Assembly: GCF_963921235.1 (NCBI RefSeq)
Contig: NC_086108.1
Coordinates: 63,242,001-63,306,000 of the forward strand
Length of the DNA: 64,000 nucleotides
Reading direction: 5' to 3'
Source: Mobula hypostoma
Taxonomy: Eukaryota
The first letter of the stretch is position 1, and every line of letters starts with the position of its first letter. The position numbers were made by a program, and so were the translations under genes. This document shows, in pieces, positions 63,743 to 64,000 of this stretch. The notes beneath the pieces are model-generated. The model did not search any database. It saw nothing but the letters and a program-made list of their open reading frames with translations, and had not been told where the DNA came from.

Positions 63743-64000
63743 ACTCAGTGGTCACTTCATTAGGTGAAGGAGGCACCGAATAAAGTGACCACTGAATGTA
63801 TGTTTATGGTCTTCTGCTGCTGTAGCCCATCTACTTCAAATTTCGGCATGTTGTGTGTTCAGAGATGCTCTTCTGCACACTCCTATTGTAACAAGTGGTT
63901 TTATGAACTACTGTCACCTTCCTGTCAGCTTGAACCAGCCTGGCCATTCTCTTCTGACCTCTCTCATTAATGAGATGTTTTTGCCCAAAGAATCGGCAGC
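63743..64000. mobile_element. Tc1/mariner-like remnant
   Basis: Short inverted termini CTCAGTGGTCACTT..TAAAGTGACCACTGA followed by degenerate repeat sequence. Confidence 0.45.

Noticed and set aside
1..64000. CRISPR array or prokaryotic defence system
   Set aside because: Spliceosomal genes and eukaryotic TEs throughout; recurring motifs are dispersed PLE termini, not repeat-spacer arrays.

Overview
AT-rich, repeat-dense vertebrate DNA. The repeat content (CR1, Penelope-like, Rex1/Babar, L1-clade, BEL/Pao, Tc1, hAT, Harbinger, Helitron) suggests a cartilaginous fish, probably a ray; this is inference. Two spliced protein-coding genes lie on the + strand. (1) The 3' part of a highly divergent AP-2 (TFAP2)-domain gene: candidate exon 1517-1591, a 370-nt exon 11080-11449 ending at a probable GC donor, and a terminal exon 19157-19316 with AATAAA at 19597. 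It keeps the helix-span-helix dimerisation motifs but has a rewritten basic DNA-binding region and lacks two canonical TFAP2 introns. This is the most novel-looking item. (2) Coding exons 1-7 of a Hook-family dynein adaptor, most like HOOK1 (33183-63199, continuing past the window). The introns contain many nested transposons. These include Penelope-like fold-back insertions with 12-16 bp TSDs, minimal hammerhead ribozymes and a shared arm breakpoint; a non-autonomous Helitron with 23-aa STPR-like repeats; and a TIR element with a 6-bp TSD. All family comparisons are from recalled sequences, not database searches.
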